From: an archaeon
GTDB taxonomy: Archaea; Nanobdellota; Nanobdellia; Woesearchaeales; UBA9642
Direction of reading: 5' to 3'
DNA length: 64,000 nt
Assembly: GCA_020057295.1 (NCBI GenBank)
Contig: JAGVGF010000002.1
Coordinates: forward strand, 24,776 to 88,775
Positions 1-9,462 of the stretch are shown piece after piece. The position numbers were made by a program, and so were the translations under genes. How positions within the stretch are numbered: the stretch's first letter is position 1; the number at the start of each line of letters is the position of its first letter. Below the pieces are notes generated by a model, which saw only the letters and a list, made by a program, of their open reading frames with translations, searched no databases and was not told the DNA's origin.

Positions 1-373
1 CAGTCTTTAATCCCTCCCAACCTGTAAATACTTTTACATCATTCTTAACTGTAGATTTTCTTCTAAGCATTAGTTCTGGAAGAATTTTTTGAATTTCTAA
101 CTTTTCTTTTGCGAGTCTCGACTCTTTTTCTTTAAGATAGTCAAGAATCCTGTATGGTTCTGCTGCCTCAAAATATTTTACACCATTTTTAGTGATTACA
201 TTAGCAAAACCCTTCTCACGAAGTCTATCAAGAACTTCGTAAACTTTAGATCCTGAAACTCTAGATTTTTTAGTAATATCTCCTGTAGTTGTAGATCCTA
301 AATCTAGTAATGCAAGATACACCTTTCTTTCGCCTTGCGTAAGTCCTATATTTCTGAGCGCTTCGTCAATCAC
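1..373 (-). CDS. TrmB-family HTH transcriptional regulator, partial (3' end beyond window start)
   Basis: Minus-strand translation from GTG at 373 gives VIDEALRNIGLTQGERKVYLALLDLGSTTTGDITKKSRVSGSKVYEVLDRLREKGFANV..., a typical TrmB/winged-helix N-terminus. The ORF runs off the window edge. Confidence 0.5.
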   Translation of the reverse strand, partial: MIDEALRNIGLTQGERKVYLALLDLGSTTTGDITKKSRVSGSKVYEVLDRLREKGFANVITKNGVKYFEAAEPYRILDYLKEKESRLAKEKLEIQKILPELMLRRKSTVKNDVKVFTGWEGLKT

Positions 374-434
374 AATATGTATAGAACATAAGAATATATA
401 AATTTAATTATTATAACGTACTGAGGGGGGAATA

Positions 435-445
435 ATATTTAAATA
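435..445 (+). promoter_or_regulatory. TATA-box-like element (atatttaaata) about 30 nt upstream of ATG 477
   Basis: A/T-rich box with archaeal TATA spacing relative to the first ATG of the 465..743 ORF. Sequence pattern only. Confidence 0.25.
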
Positions 446-464
446 ATTTAACGGTATCTCCTTA

Positions 465-743
465 GTGGTGGTAATTATGACAAACATATATGAACTAAAT
501 CCGGTATACAATTCGTTATATTCGGTAATTGGAAAAAATTTGGGTAAAGACATCTGCTGGAAAATTACGCAGCTCTATCAGTCAGAACTCGAAAAGAAAG
601 TTTCTATAGATGATGAAGAATATATGCGTGCTGCACAGTTTAGAGATGAAAGTAGAGACTTAGCTAAAGTTCTTATCGGAATGTTAGAATTAAAATATGT
701 ACAAGTTCCTGTAGAATCAAATATAAGAGTAACTATTCATTAA
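465..743 (+). CDS. hypothetical protein (92 aa; real start may be ATG at 477)
   Basis: ORF in the six-frame track. No recognisable motif. Intergenic position with an upstream TATA-like box. Confidence 0.4.
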   Translation: MVVIMTNIYELNPVYNSLYSVIGKNLGKDICWKITQLYQSELEKKVSIDDEEYMRAAQFRDESRDLAKVLIGMLELKYVQVPVESNIRVTIH

Positions 744-762
744 GAAAATTATAAAAAAATGT

Positions 763-960
763 TTAGAATCTTTTGAATTTTGCTGCTGTATCGATTAAGT
801 CAACATGTCCTAAGAATAATGCTCTGCAACAGTATCTGTCAAGGCCAAGTTCATCCATTACTTTCTTTTTATCTTCGCCTTTTGCAGCTCTTTCTTTATA
901 TTCTTCCCATAAGTGTGCAACTGGTTTTCCGCATGAAAAGCATCTTATTGGAATGATCAT
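763..960 (-). CDS. rpoN: DNA-directed RNA polymerase subunit N (Rpb10 homologue)
   Basis: 65-aa protein MIIPIRCFSCGKPV...CCR with the CX2C...CC zinc motif of RpoN. Canonical position downstream of S9 in the archaeal operon. Confidence 0.85.
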   Translation of the reverse strand: MIIPIRCFSCGKPVAHLWEEYKERAAKGEDKKKVMDELGLDRYCCRALFLGHVDLIDTAAKFKRF

Positions 961-1023
961 TTTGTTCTTCTCCTATTTGGTCGGTTACGACCGTTTTTCC
1001 CAAGGCTTTTTGCCAAAAAGGCT

Positions 1024-1419
1024 TTATCTGTACGAAGTTTGAGTACTAGCTCTTGCCTGACCATGATGGTTTGGCTTTCCAGCTTCTCTAACCCTAATAT
1101 CTGCAACTAGTAAGTGTCTATCATATTCTAGGAATACTTCTTTTAATTTAGTATTGTAAGCAACTAAAGCTCTTGCAACAGCAAGTCTTGCAGCGTCAGC
1201 TTGATTAATAACTCCGCCGCCCTTAACTCTTATATCAATATCAACTTTTGATGCAACATCGCCAGCTAACATTAATGGTTCCATAATCTTTAATTTTGAT
1301 AGTTGCGGACTAAATATTTTCAAATCCATACTATTAACAGTAATCTTACCATTGCCATCAGATAATACTGCTCTAGCAATTGATTGTTTTCTTCGTCCAC
1401 TTGTGATAATATTTTTCAT
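1024..1419 (-). CDS. rps9: 30S ribosomal protein S9 (uS9)
   Basis: 131 aa with a C-terminal ...HHGQARASTQTSYR tail typical of uS9. Operon context L13-S9-RpoN. Confidence 0.9.
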   Translation of the reverse strand: MKNIITSGRRKQSIARAVLSDGNGKITVNSMDLKIFSPQLSKLKIMEPLMLAGDVASKVDIDIRVKGGGVINQADAARLAVARALVAYNTKLKEVFLEYDRHLLVADIRVREAGKPNHHGQARASTQTSYR

Positions 1420-1431
1420 TTTAAATTACTC

Positions 1432-1851
1432 CTAAAAATTTGAACCCATCATTTTACATAGTTCATTAACAGTAACATATTTTAGATTTGGAATCTTCTT
1501 AATATGAGCTCCATCAATAGATATTGCCTTATGTTGTTTTAATTCTTCTGGATGTCCAATGTAGCACATTACTCTTTTATATGCTAATGTTCCTCTTGGA
1601 GTTTTATGATTTACCATTCCTCTAACAATTCTTCGGACAAATCTGTCTGGTCTCCTGAAAAAGAAAGGTCCTTTCTCCCAAGTACCCTGCATTCTTCTAC
1701 GATGAGTATCTTCAACTAAAAATGCTCTGTCCCCGCTAACATACATTTGCTCGCAATTAACTATTTTTACAGTTTCACCTAATAATGCCTGCTTAGCCAC
1801 AAATGTAGCTACTCGTCCGACAATTAAATCTTTACCATCAACAATTATCAT
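1432..1851 (-). CDS. rpl13: 50S ribosomal protein L13 (uL13)
   Basis: 139 aa. Start MIIVDGKDLIVGRVAT... matches the uL13 N-terminal signature. Operon context. Confidence 0.9.
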   Translation of the reverse strand: MIIVDGKDLIVGRVATFVAKQALLGETVKIVNCEQMYVSGDRAFLVEDTHRRRMQGTWEKGPFFFRRPDRFVRRIVRGMVNHKTPRGTLAYKRVMCYIGHPEELKQHKAISIDGAHIKKIPNLKYVTVNELCKMMGSNF

Positions 1852-1856
1852 TTTAT

Positions 1857-2213
1857 TTACCCTATAATCTTAATATTTTTTGCATTAGGATACTTCTTTA
1901 AAGCTTCCTCAATTGAAATCACATCAGCCTTACCCTTGACTTTATCAATGGTGCCTTGTGAATAATTGTATGCTATGATTGTAACCTTTTTAGTTAATTC
2001 TCCACCAGATAATAATTTTCCAGGGATTACAACTACATCATTATCTACAGTATATTTTTCAATCTTTGACAAGTTAACAACACGATGTTGTCTTGTTGGT
2101 CTTTCGAGTTCTAAAGCTACTCGCTTCCATACTCCTGTCTTTTCAGTTAATGAATGCTTCTTCAAACTACTTATGAGTTCTTGCAATCTTTGATTTTTAT
2201 GTTCCAATGTCAT
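1857..2213 (-). CDS. rpl18e: 50S ribosomal protein L18e
   Basis: 118 aa. Archaeal/eukaryotic-only L18e family by sequence and by position between rpoD and rpl13. Confidence 0.85.
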   Translation of the reverse strand: MTLEHKNQRLQELISSLKKHSLTEKTGVWKRVALELERPTRQHRVVNLSKIEKYTVDNDVVVIPGKLLSGGELTKKVTIIAYNYSQGTIDKVKGKADVISIEEALKKYPNAKNIKIIG

Positions 2214-2233
2214 TTTATTTTTCCTACTTTATA

Positions 2234-2319
2234 TGCGAGGGACGTGATTCGAACACGCGCACCCACTAAGGGACTAGCACCTCAAGCTAGCGCATTTGAC
2301 CAGGCTCTGCCACCCTCGC
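2234..2319 (-). tRNA. tRNA-Leu (anticodon GAG), class II with long variable arm, no encoded CCA
   Basis: Hand-folded on the minus strand. 7-bp acceptor GCGAGGG/CCCUCGC, 3-bp D stem, anticodon stem CUAGC/GCUAG with loop UUGAGGU (anticodon GAG), variable arm CCC-UUAGU-GGG, T stem-loop GCGUG-UUCGAAU-CACGU, discriminator A. Confidence 0.8.
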
Positions 2320-2331
2320 GCACTCAAAACT

Positions 2332-2958
2332 TTATTCTAAGTTCTTGACGAGTTCCGCGAATTCTTCGAGCTCTTTATTGTAAATGTCAATAGCTTTGAT
2401 TACTATCTCTTTTGGAGTTAATTGTCCCCATGATTCGACTGTGAATATGTATTCGTCACCATCAACATTAGGCATCTTATAAAATACTAGGCCTGGACAA
2501 AATTTTGAATGGTCCCTGCCTTGTCCTAATATTGCTGTTGCCTCAAGTTCAACCTCTTGGCCTTCTAACAATTTTACTAACGGCATTTTACCGTGCATTG
2601 GCTTAATTTCTGGATCCTTACTTTTTATGTCTGATGCATAAACAGTTCCTGGACCTTGAGCCTTCAAAGTTAATTTAACAGTACATGATGCACATCCAGC
2701 ACCCTTACACTTACATTCACTCATCATGTTGTAAGATTTCAAGTCAGTACTTAATGGTACAAGACCTAATCTGTGTGCGAACATTTCATCGTATAATATT
2801 GAAGTATTTTTTCTGAATTCAACATCATCAATAGACATTACAGGAACTTCGAATCCCATAATTCTTCTTAACGTGTTAGCGTAAGCTGTATCGACACCCT
2901 TAACGGAAAATATTAATCGATTCTTCTTTTCCTGATATTCGACAATTTTTATTTCCAT
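2332..2958 (-). CDS. rpoD: DNA-directed RNA polymerase subunit D (Rpb3 homologue), with Cys cluster
   Basis: 208 aa MEIKIVEYQEK.... Cys-rich insert CKCKGAGCASC as seen in Fe-S-containing archaeal D subunits. Operon position between S11 and L18e. Confidence 0.88.
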   Translation of the reverse strand: MEIKIVEYQEKKNRLIFSVKGVDTAYANTLRRIMGFEVPVMSIDDVEFRKNTSILYDEMFAHRLGLVPLSTDLKSYNMMSECKCKGAGCASCTVKLTLKAQGPGTVYASDIKSKDPEIKPMHGKMPLVKLLEGQEVELEATAILGQGRDHSKFCPGLVFYKMPNVDGDEYIFTVESWGQLTPKEIVIKAIDIYNKELEEFAELVKNLE

Positions 2959-3002
2959 TTTAGTAACCTATGATTAAATTATATTAATATATTAATTGAA
3001 AT

Positions 3003-3398
3003 TTATACTCTTCGTCCACGTTTACCGCCTTTCTTTCTACAAGTGTCGTGCGGTATTGGTGTAACTTCTTCAATAGATCCAATTCTTAGACCCATTCTTG
3101 ATAGTGCTCTAACTGCTGCCTGTGCACCAGGTCCAGGATTAGTAGGACCATTATGACCACCAGGAGCTCTTATCTTAACATGAATACCACTGATACCTTT
3201 TTCCATTGCTTGTTCTGCAGCAGCTTTAGCAGCCATTATTGCAGCAGTTGGACTTGATTCAAGTCTATCAGACTTAACAACCATTCCGCCGCTTGACTTG
3301 CCTAAAGTTTCAGTACCACTAATATCGGTAATGTGAATAATAGTATTATTATAAGACGAAAATATATAACATATTCCCCATCTAGTATTATCGTTCAT
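3003..3398 (-). CDS. rps11: 30S ribosomal protein S11 (uS11)
   Basis: 131 aa with the ...[24 protein letters not shown]... uS11 core. Operon context. Confidence 0.9.
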   Translation of the reverse strand: MNDNTRWGICYIFSSYNNTIIHITDISGTETLGKSSGGMVVKSDRLESSPTAAIMAAKAAAEQAMEKGISGIHVKIRAPGGHNGPTNPGPGAQAAVRALSRMGLRIGSIEEVTPIPHDTCRKKGGKRGRRV

Positions 3399-3400
3399 CT

Positions 3401-3973
3401 TTATCCTCTCTTCCTACCAAACTTGTTTTTATCAACAGGAGGTCTTGGTTTTCTCTTAGTAGCTTCCTTAGCTCTTTCAGCATGAGTTGTATCGTAAAAT
3501 GGTGATTTAGGTGAAATCTCAATTCCGCCTTCTTCAGAAACTCTGACTAGATATGATGGACTTGTAATTGCTTTGCTTGCAACTAATATGTGTCCATGAA
3601 TAATCATTTGTCTTGATTGTTTCATACTCTTAGCAACACCCTTCTTGAAAAGTAATGTTTGTAATCTTCTGTTCAAAACATTTTTAATTGTAATTCCTAA
3701 AATTTCTTCTAATGATGCAGATTTAATTAATCCTAATGATTCTAATTTCTTAACAAGATTATGTCTTTCCTTTTCTGCCTGTTTGTCCGTTTTTGCAGAT
3801 AATGTTTTAGCTTGATTTTTGAATGATTCTAATTTAGCAATATTTTTCCATAATTCAGTTCTCTTAGGAATACCATACTCTTTACATATTGCACTTTCTT
3901 CAGTAATCCTCTCAATTCTCCATGGATGACTTGGTTTTGAATACTTTTTCCTAATCTTTTTTATTCCGCCCAT
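3401..3973 (-). CDS. rps4: 30S ribosomal protein S4 (uS4)
   Basis: 190 aa [23 protein letters not shown]... archaeal uS4 N-terminus. Operon context. Confidence 0.9.
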   Translation of the reverse strand: MGGIKKIRKKYSKPSHPWRIERITEESAICKEYGIPKRTELWKNIAKLESFKNQAKTLSAKTDKQAEKERHNLVKKLESLGLIKSASLEEILGITIKNVLNRRLQTLLFKKGVAKSMKQSRQMIIHGHILVASKAITSPSYLVRVSEEGGIEISPKSPFYDTTHAERAKEATKRKPRPPVDKNKFGRKRG

Positions 3974-3980
3974 TTTTTAC

Positions 3981-4589
3981 CTACTTCTTCTTATCTCCAC
4001 CAGCTGCTGGTGCTGGAGTCTTATTTCTTACAACACCTAGTGAGACCTTACCCTTATTCTTTCTGAAATTAGATTTAGTTCTCTGACCACGTACAGGTTG
4101 TCCTAACATGTGTCTAACACCCTTGTATGATCTTATCTTTTTCATCTTCTTAATATCGTTATCAATTGTAATATCCCAGTCAGTAGTTATTAGATGCATA
4201 TCCTTTCCAGTCTCTACATCTTTTCGTCTATTCATCATCCAGTCTGGACAATTATACTTTGCAGGATTTCTAATAACATCTTCAAGCTTTTGTACTTGCT
4301 CTTCAGATAATTTACCAGTTATAGTATTAGGATCAATTTTTGCTGAGAAACATATGAAATTTGCAAACATGTAACCAATTCCCTTAATTTTCTGTATACC
4401 CATTAGAACTTTCTTCTCACCTTTCAAGTCAGTGTTAACTACTCTAACAATGTGTCTAAAGTCTGCACCATACTTTTCAGCGCCAGCATTAGATGCTTGA
4501 GGTCTACCAAATACAGGTTTTCCCATAGGTTTTTTTGCTTGTGTCTTTTCATCCATAATAATCACATTTAATTTTATGTAATAAACCAA
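3981..4589 (-). CDS. rps13: 30S ribosomal protein S13 (uS13); true start probably the internal ATG at 4556 (MDEKTQ...)
   Basis: FRHIVRVVNTDLKGEKKV...GIQKIKGIGYMFA matches the uS13/eS18 core. First gene of the S13-S4-S11-rpoD operon. Confidence 0.9.
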   Translation of the reverse strand: MVYYIKLNVIIMDEKTQAKKPMGKPVFGRPQASNAGAEKYGADFRHIVRVVNTDLKGEKKVLMGIQKIKGIGYMFANFICFSAKIDPNTITGKLSEEQVQKLEDVIRNPAKYNCPDWMMNRRKDVETGKDMHLITTDWDITIDNDIKKMKKIRSYKGVRHMLGQPVRGQRTKSNFRKNKGKVSLGVVRNKTPAPAAGGDKKK

Positions 4590-4758
4590 AATTTTAGAGA
4601 GAAGTTGTATTGAACAATATCATACAACCCTAAAATCGCTCCTCTTGAACTCGGGCTTATAGATAATGGGAATTTATATTTATTTATAAAGCATTCGGTT
4701 TCTAGTATATATTATATAATCATAAGATATTAAAACCTACTATGATTCACAAAAATTC

Positions 4759-5589
4759 ATGAAGGAGACATATCTTAAATTTAAATTCAAAGATGTAGAT
4801 ATCAAAGTGTGTGTAACTATTTATGGAGATTCTGGTAAACAGTTATTGTGTTTACATGGTTTTGGTAGTTCTGGTAAAGATTTTGAAGATTTAGAAAAAT
4901 ACATGCCAGGTTATCAGATAGTTGCTATTGACTGGATAGGATTTGGTGATAGCAGCAAACCATTAAGAGAGATTGATACTTATGACGAGAAGTATTTAAC
5001 ATCATTCCTAGAACTTTTTATTAAGAAAGCGGTTCAGAAAAATATTCTACAAAAAAAGTTTAGTATATTAGCAGTTTCAATGTCTGGATTAATGACTGGA
5101 ATGGTTTATGATAATATAAAGAAACATTTAGAAAAACTTATTTTCTTAAATCCAGCTGGATTTGATAAAGATGTTAGTATGAAATTTTCAATGGTCATGG
5201 CCAATCCCTTACTAAAGAGAGAAGCATTCATTAAATTAATTACGAAAGATGTGTTTTGGAAAGAATTCTTAGGATTACACGACAGGGATAAAGTACAATT
5301 ATGGTCTAAAGTAGGAAGTGGAGAGTTTGAAGTATATCTACGATGTATTAATACATCTATGAGTATGACTGGTTCAATAAAAGATACACATATACATCAT
5401 AATTATCATGAAATAAAAGTTCCGGTATTAATGATTGGAAGTTATAGAGATACATTAATTACAGAACAAGAATATTTGCGTAAGGCATCAAAATATGGTT
5501 GGGATGTTGTAATAATACATCATTATGATCATATGATAATTAGCGAGAAGCCAAAAGAGATTGCAAAAGCAATAACAGATTTCTTATAA
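4759..5589 (+). CDS. alpha/beta-fold hydrolase
   Basis: 276 aa. LHGFGSSGKDF oxyanion/HG motif and a nucleophile-elbow-like SMSG (consensus GxSxG). Confidence 0.55.
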   Translation: MKETYLKFKFKDVDIKVCVTIYGDSGKQLLCLHGFGSSGKDFEDLEKYMPGYQIVAIDWIGFGDSSKPLREIDTYDEKYLTSFLELFIKKAVQKNILQKKFSILAVSMSGLMTGMVYDNIKKHLEKLIFLNPAGFDKDVSMKFSMVMANPLLKREAFIKLITKDVFWKEFLGLHDRDKVQLWSKVGSGEFEVYLRCINTSMSMTGSIKDTHIHHNYHEIKVPVLMIGSYRDTLITEQEYLRKASKYGWDVVIIHHYDHMIISEKPKEIAKAITDFL

Positions 5590-5622
5590 ATTACGAATGT
5601 ACTCCGACAATTCTTAAGATAA

Positions 5623-5632
5623 CTATATAAAT
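5623..5632 (+). promoter_or_regulatory. TATA-box-like element (ctatataaat) about 30-40 nt upstream of ATG 5663
   Basis: Consensus-like archaeal TATA (TATATAAA) at an appropriate distance from the start codon. Pattern only. Confidence 0.3.
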
Positions 5633-5662
5633 CCAAATATACTCTTAATTTTAGGTGATATC

Positions 5663-6127
5663 ATGGAAGATAAAACAGCAAAATTAATTGTAAAAATTAT
5701 CGCGATATTAGGATTCATTTCCGCAGCATTACTTATTGTGATGGGTGTGTTACTATTTTTGCAACTACAAAGTCCTGGTTGTGTAACCACAGGCGGATCA
5801 ACAAAATGTATCTCGCAAGATCTTGCTTCAAAGATTAATACTGAATATATTGTTGGAGGAATATTATTTATCATAGGCGCATTATTTGTAGTATTCGTTA
5901 ATATAAAATTATGGAACTATAAGAATTGGGCTAGAATATTAACTATGGCAGGATGTTTCTTATCGGTTGTATCATCATTTGGAGAAACATGGATTTTTAT
6001 AGTACTCTCTGTCATATTTAACGGCGTAATAATATATTTCTTAGGCATAGAACCATCTATAGTTAACTTATTTCAGAAAAAGACAGAAACAAAGAAAGTA
6101 AAGCCAAAGAAGACGAAAAAGAAATAA
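5663..6127 (+). CDS. small membrane protein (4 predicted TM helices, lysine-rich C-terminus)
   Basis: 154 aa with hydrophobic segments and a KKTETKKVKPKKTKKK tail. Confidence 0.45.
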   Translation: MEDKTAKLIVKIIAILGFISAALLIVMGVLLFLQLQSPGCVTTGGSTKCISQDLASKINTEYIVGGILFIIGALFVVFVNIKLWNYKNWARILTMAGCFLSVVSSFGETWIFIVLSVIFNGVIIYFLGIEPSIVNLFQKKTETKKVKPKKTKKK

Positions 6128-6187
6128 TTTTTATTTTTTTCTCTACTTTTCAGTAATATTTTTAAATCGTTCTTTGTACCTATTATC

Positions 6188-7024
6188 ATGGGGGTAGAAC
6201 TTGTAGTTTTAGATTTCGATGGAAATTTAACCAATGTAGATATTGAAGCTATCCCATTTGTTGAAAGTTATAAAACAGATTTTTCTAACACGCTTAATAT
6301 TGAAAGGCCTAAATTAGATTTGATTTGGGCGCATAAACAATCACTCATAGAATCAAATCCTTCGGCTTATGGATGGACTGTTAATGGAATGATTGTTGCA
6401 CCAGCATATGCTGACCCATTAATAATGTCAAGAACAATTGCAGGAATTCTACTTAAAGATTCAGGAATTACAGACGAATCAATAAGATCAAAAATGTTAG
6501 ACTCATTCTTTCAAAATAGTTATGGAAAGCTAGGGATTTCATTTAAAGAAGATGCTGACAGATTCTTATCAGGATTAAAAGAGAATATCGCTTGTTGTGT
6601 AATGACTAATTCAAAAACTGATGGTGTTGTAAAGAAGATTGCAAAATTACCCACAGACCATTCTGACATAGTTGTTTATGGAGATGCAAAGAAGTATCTT
6701 GTAACACCGGAATGGGAAGGTGTTGTTCCTAATTCAATAGAAAAAGATGGTTTTGGAAGACCATTATTTGTACGTAGACAACAATATTGGAATGCACTAC
6801 ATGCACTTATGCAAAAATATCATCTTCATCCAGAAAATGTTGCAGTAGTAGGAGACATATACGAACTTGATTTATTACTTCCAGAAATGGTCGGAATGCA
6901 CACTATATTAACGCCACGTGAAAAGACACCGGCTTTTGAGATTAATGCTGTTCTACAATCTCGTAAAGGATATGTTGCACAAAGTTTAGACGATGCATTA
7001 GACTATTTATTAATAATTAAATAA
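6188..7024 (+). CDS. HAD-superfamily hydrolase
   Basis: N-terminal VLDFDGNL (HAD motif I DxDG) and late VVGDIYELD (motif IV). Confidence 0.5.
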   Translation: MGVELVVLDFDGNLTNVDIEAIPFVESYKTDFSNTLNIERPKLDLIWAHKQSLIESNPSAYGWTVNGMIVAPAYADPLIMSRTIAGILLKDSGITDESIRSKMLDSFFQNSYGKLGISFKEDADRFLSGLKENIACCVMTNSKTDGVVKKIAKLPTDHSDIVVYGDAKKYLVTPEWEGVVPNSIEKDGFGRPLFVRRQQYWNALHALMQKYHLHPENVAVVGDIYELDLLLPEMVGMHTILTPREKTPAFEINAVLQSRKGYVAQSLDDALDYLLIIK

Positions 7025-7039
7025 TTCTTGTAGAAAGAT

Positions 7040-7489
7040 TTATTTTTCTTTAATACTACTTACATCTTTGATGGTTATCCATGCACATGCATTGCCGAAC
7101 CCTTCCTTATTGATATTAAAGGGTTTAATTTTTTGAACATTCTCTAAAAATACTAATATACAATAATTTTTTCCATCATAATAATCCGTATATTCAAGTG
7201 AGTTAAATCCTATAGCTCGACCATATTTTTGTATGATTGGCATTATCTTCTCTTTATTTAAATCATCAAAGAACAACACATCTTTCACTTTTGCTTTTAC
7301 AGTAATTGGTTCACCACAATCCTTAAAATATATTATATCTTCTTTTTTTATATTATGCCAAGGAGTTCTTTTAGTCTTATACCATCGACTTTCTATAGTT
7401 TTCTGACCAGAAATAATTTTTTGCAATAATCTTCTCTTTTTATCAAGAATAGCTATGTGATCCATAAAGCTCAATGTATTAATTTTCAA
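7040..7489 (-). CDS. ASCH-domain protein
   Basis: 149 aa with an ISGQKTIESRW (GxKxxExR) ASCH signature near the N-terminus. Confidence 0.45.
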   Translation of the reverse strand: MKINTLSFMDHIAILDKKRRLLQKIISGQKTIESRWYKTKRTPWHNIKKEDIIYFKDCGEPITVKAKVKDVLFFDDLNKEKIMPIIQKYGRAIGFNSLEYTDYYDGKNYCILVFLENVQKIKPFNINKEGFGNACAWITIKDVSSIKEK

Positions 7490-7500
7490 TAATAAACAAG

Positions 7501-7574
7501 GGCGGCCCGCGGGATTTGAACCCGCCCGAGAAGATCCACAGTCTTCTATGCTGCCAGGCTACATCAGGGCCACC
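7501..7574 (-). tRNA. tRNA-His (anticodon GUG) with genomically encoded G-1
   Basis: Hand-folded on the minus strand. G-1 plus GUGGCCC acceptor pairing with GGGCCGC-C73, D stem AUGU/GCAU, anticodon stem GAAGA/UCUUC with loop CUGUGGA, T arm GCGGG-UUCAAAU-CCCGC. Confidence 0.8.
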
Positions 7575-7612
7575 ATAATAAAGAAAGAAAATAAAGTTTG
7601 TTTAAAAAGGTT

Positions 7613-7807
7613 TTACTTCTTCTGTAGTAATTTATATTGAAATGTTCCTAATACTATTCCTAAAACTACGAATGCCCATGCAATTGGAATTAGCACTTCT
7701 ACATTATCTTGTGCTGCAAGTAATACTATTACTGCAATCACCATAAACACACCGCCTATTATTCCTGCTAAATCTGTTATTGGATTCCTATTTTTTGCTT
7801 CTGCCAT
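7613..7807 (-). CDS. small membrane protein (64 aa, 2 TM)
   Basis: Hydrophobic 64-aa ORF next to tRNA-His. Confidence 0.35.
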   Translation of the reverse strand: MAEAKNRNPITDLAGIIGGVFMVIAVIVLLAAQDNVEVLIPIAWAFVVLGIVLGTFQYKLLQKK

Positions 7808-7883
7808 ACTATTACCTCCTAATTATGTTATTATGCTTATTATTAATATCAATATTTATATATTTCATCATTTCCAAAGTAAT

Positions 7884-8618
7884 ATGGATAATCTTGATCA
7901 AGTAGGACAGCATTACATGATTGATAAGAAGTTAATTGAATTTATAGTAGATTCAGCAGATTTGAAAAAGACAGACGTAGTTCTTGAAATTGGTTATGGT
8001 AAGGGCGCATTAACAAAAAGTTTAGTTAAAAAATGTAAAGTCGTAGCGGTCGATATCGAAGAGAATGATTTAGATTTTATAGATTATAAATTAACTATTG
8101 TTCACAGTAATATTCTTGATAATTTTGAAGAATTGAATAAAAAATATCACTTTAATAAAATTGTTTCAAACATTCCTTATAATATTTCAGAACCTTAGAT
8201 GAGAAAAATATTTAAGACGGAAATACAATTGATAGTAATGACTGTTGGTGAAGATTTTGCTCAAGTCTTATCTAATGATAAAAGTCGTGTAGGGATAATT
8301 GCAAATTCACTTTATAATTTTAAGATACTTAAAATTGTTCCACCAAAAGTTTTCAGACCAATGCCTAGAGTTAATTCTGCTGTTATTTCATTAGACTTAG
8401 TTAAATCTAATGCGATTTCAAAAATGTATAAACAATTACTTTCTTTAGATGATAAAAAATTAAGAAATGCATTCGAGAAGATTCTTGTTGATAGAACAAA
8501 ACGTGAAGTCAAAGAGTTAACAACAATGCCTTTATTTTTGAAAAAATTTTACGAACTTGACAATAATGAGTTTGTGTTATTAAATAAGTTCATACATCTT
8601 CTATGTATGGAAAGATAG
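7884..8618 (+). pseudogene. ksgA: 16S rRNA (adenine-N6,N6)-dimethyltransferase KsgA/Dim1, interrupted by an in-frame TAG at 8196-8198
   Basis: ORF 7833..8198 contains the KsgA motifs QHYMID, EIGYGKGALT and NIPYNISEP. It ends at TAG and continues in the same frame as ORF 8199..8618 (MRKIFK...VPPKVFRPMPRVNSAVISL), which aligns to the KsgA segment after the NLPYNIS(T/S)P motif. Both ORF starts are congruent mod 3. Confidence 0.6.
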
Positions 8619-8675
8619 TTACTATTTAGTAGTTACAATAGTAAACTTTATAAATCTGTGATTTTTTCTTAGAAT

Positions 8676-9461
8676 ATGAACTTAATAAAAGGCACTATGG
8701 AAAAATTAGAAGGAAGAGTAGCGGTTTACTCTAGGTTTATCCCTAATCCTAATGGTGATTGTAAAGATTGTAATCCTATTTTTTCCAATAGAGTTTTAGC
8801 GATGTATGGTTCAGAAAGTATTACAGAAATATCTGACATTTTAGGAACTCCTAAAGAATTTCTAAACAAGATGATGAGCGATGATGATCAATTAAAAGAT
8901 TTACTAGGCAGTTCTAAAGAAGGAAGAAACATTTATGTTTCACCAATCGTTGCAACAGTGGAAGATCATGTTAAATCATACTCTGGTGATATCATATTAT
9001 CAGGAAGTTTCAGTTGTCCAATAAAATGTATTAAAGCAAATATGATGAATATGGAATTATACGAGATGCATTATGACGAGCAAGTGAGTAGATCAACAGG
9101 AATTAATGTTCAACACGCAAAAGAGCATAAAGGTACAAGAGTTTTATACGATAGAAAAATTCCTTCTCTAGAATTAAGAAATATTTTAATGAACGAATAT
9201 ATTATACCTTTATTAGATGCTTCAACTAGTGGAGAAAAAGCGTATTTTGATGATGTTAGAAGTGGATTAATATTATTCAGTCAAGGTTCAGATTTCAAAC
9301 CAGATGTTAGAGCATTATGCGAATGGATAGAATTAGCTAAGAAAAATATGAATCCTAAAGTAGTAGAATGTTATATTGACAAAATGGTTGCAATACATAC
9401 TGAAGAATATTTAGTCGCAAAACAGAAAGATGATGCTATAAAAGCATTACTAAAAGTATAA
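8676..9461 (+). CDS. hypothetical protein with two Cys pairs (GDCKDCNP / CPIKC)
   Basis: 261-aa ORF. Possible Zn-binding Cys pairs. No confident family assignment. Confidence 0.4.
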   Translation: MNLIKGTMEKLEGRVAVYSRFIPNPNGDCKDCNPIFSNRVLAMYGSESITEISDILGTPKEFLNKMMSDDDQLKDLLGSSKEGRNIYVSPIVATVEDHVKSYSGDIILSGSFSCPIKCIKANMMNMELYEMHYDEQVSRSTGINVQHAKEHKGTRVLYDRKIPSLELRNILMNEYIIPLLDASTSGEKAYFDDVRSGLILFSQGSDFKPDVRALCEWIELAKKNMNPKVVECYIDKMVAIHTEEYLVAKQKDDAIKALLKV

Positions 9462-9462
9462 A

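Noticed and set aside
961-1023. Small palindromic or direct-repeat motifs (ggtcg-gtta-cgacc; aaggcttttt / aaaaaggcttt) in the S9-rpoN spacer, considered as an ncRNA or attenuator
   Set aside because: Stems are only 5-6 bp and the spacer is 63 nt inside a conserved operon. More likely an incidental or weak processing structure. Not enough evidence for a feature call.
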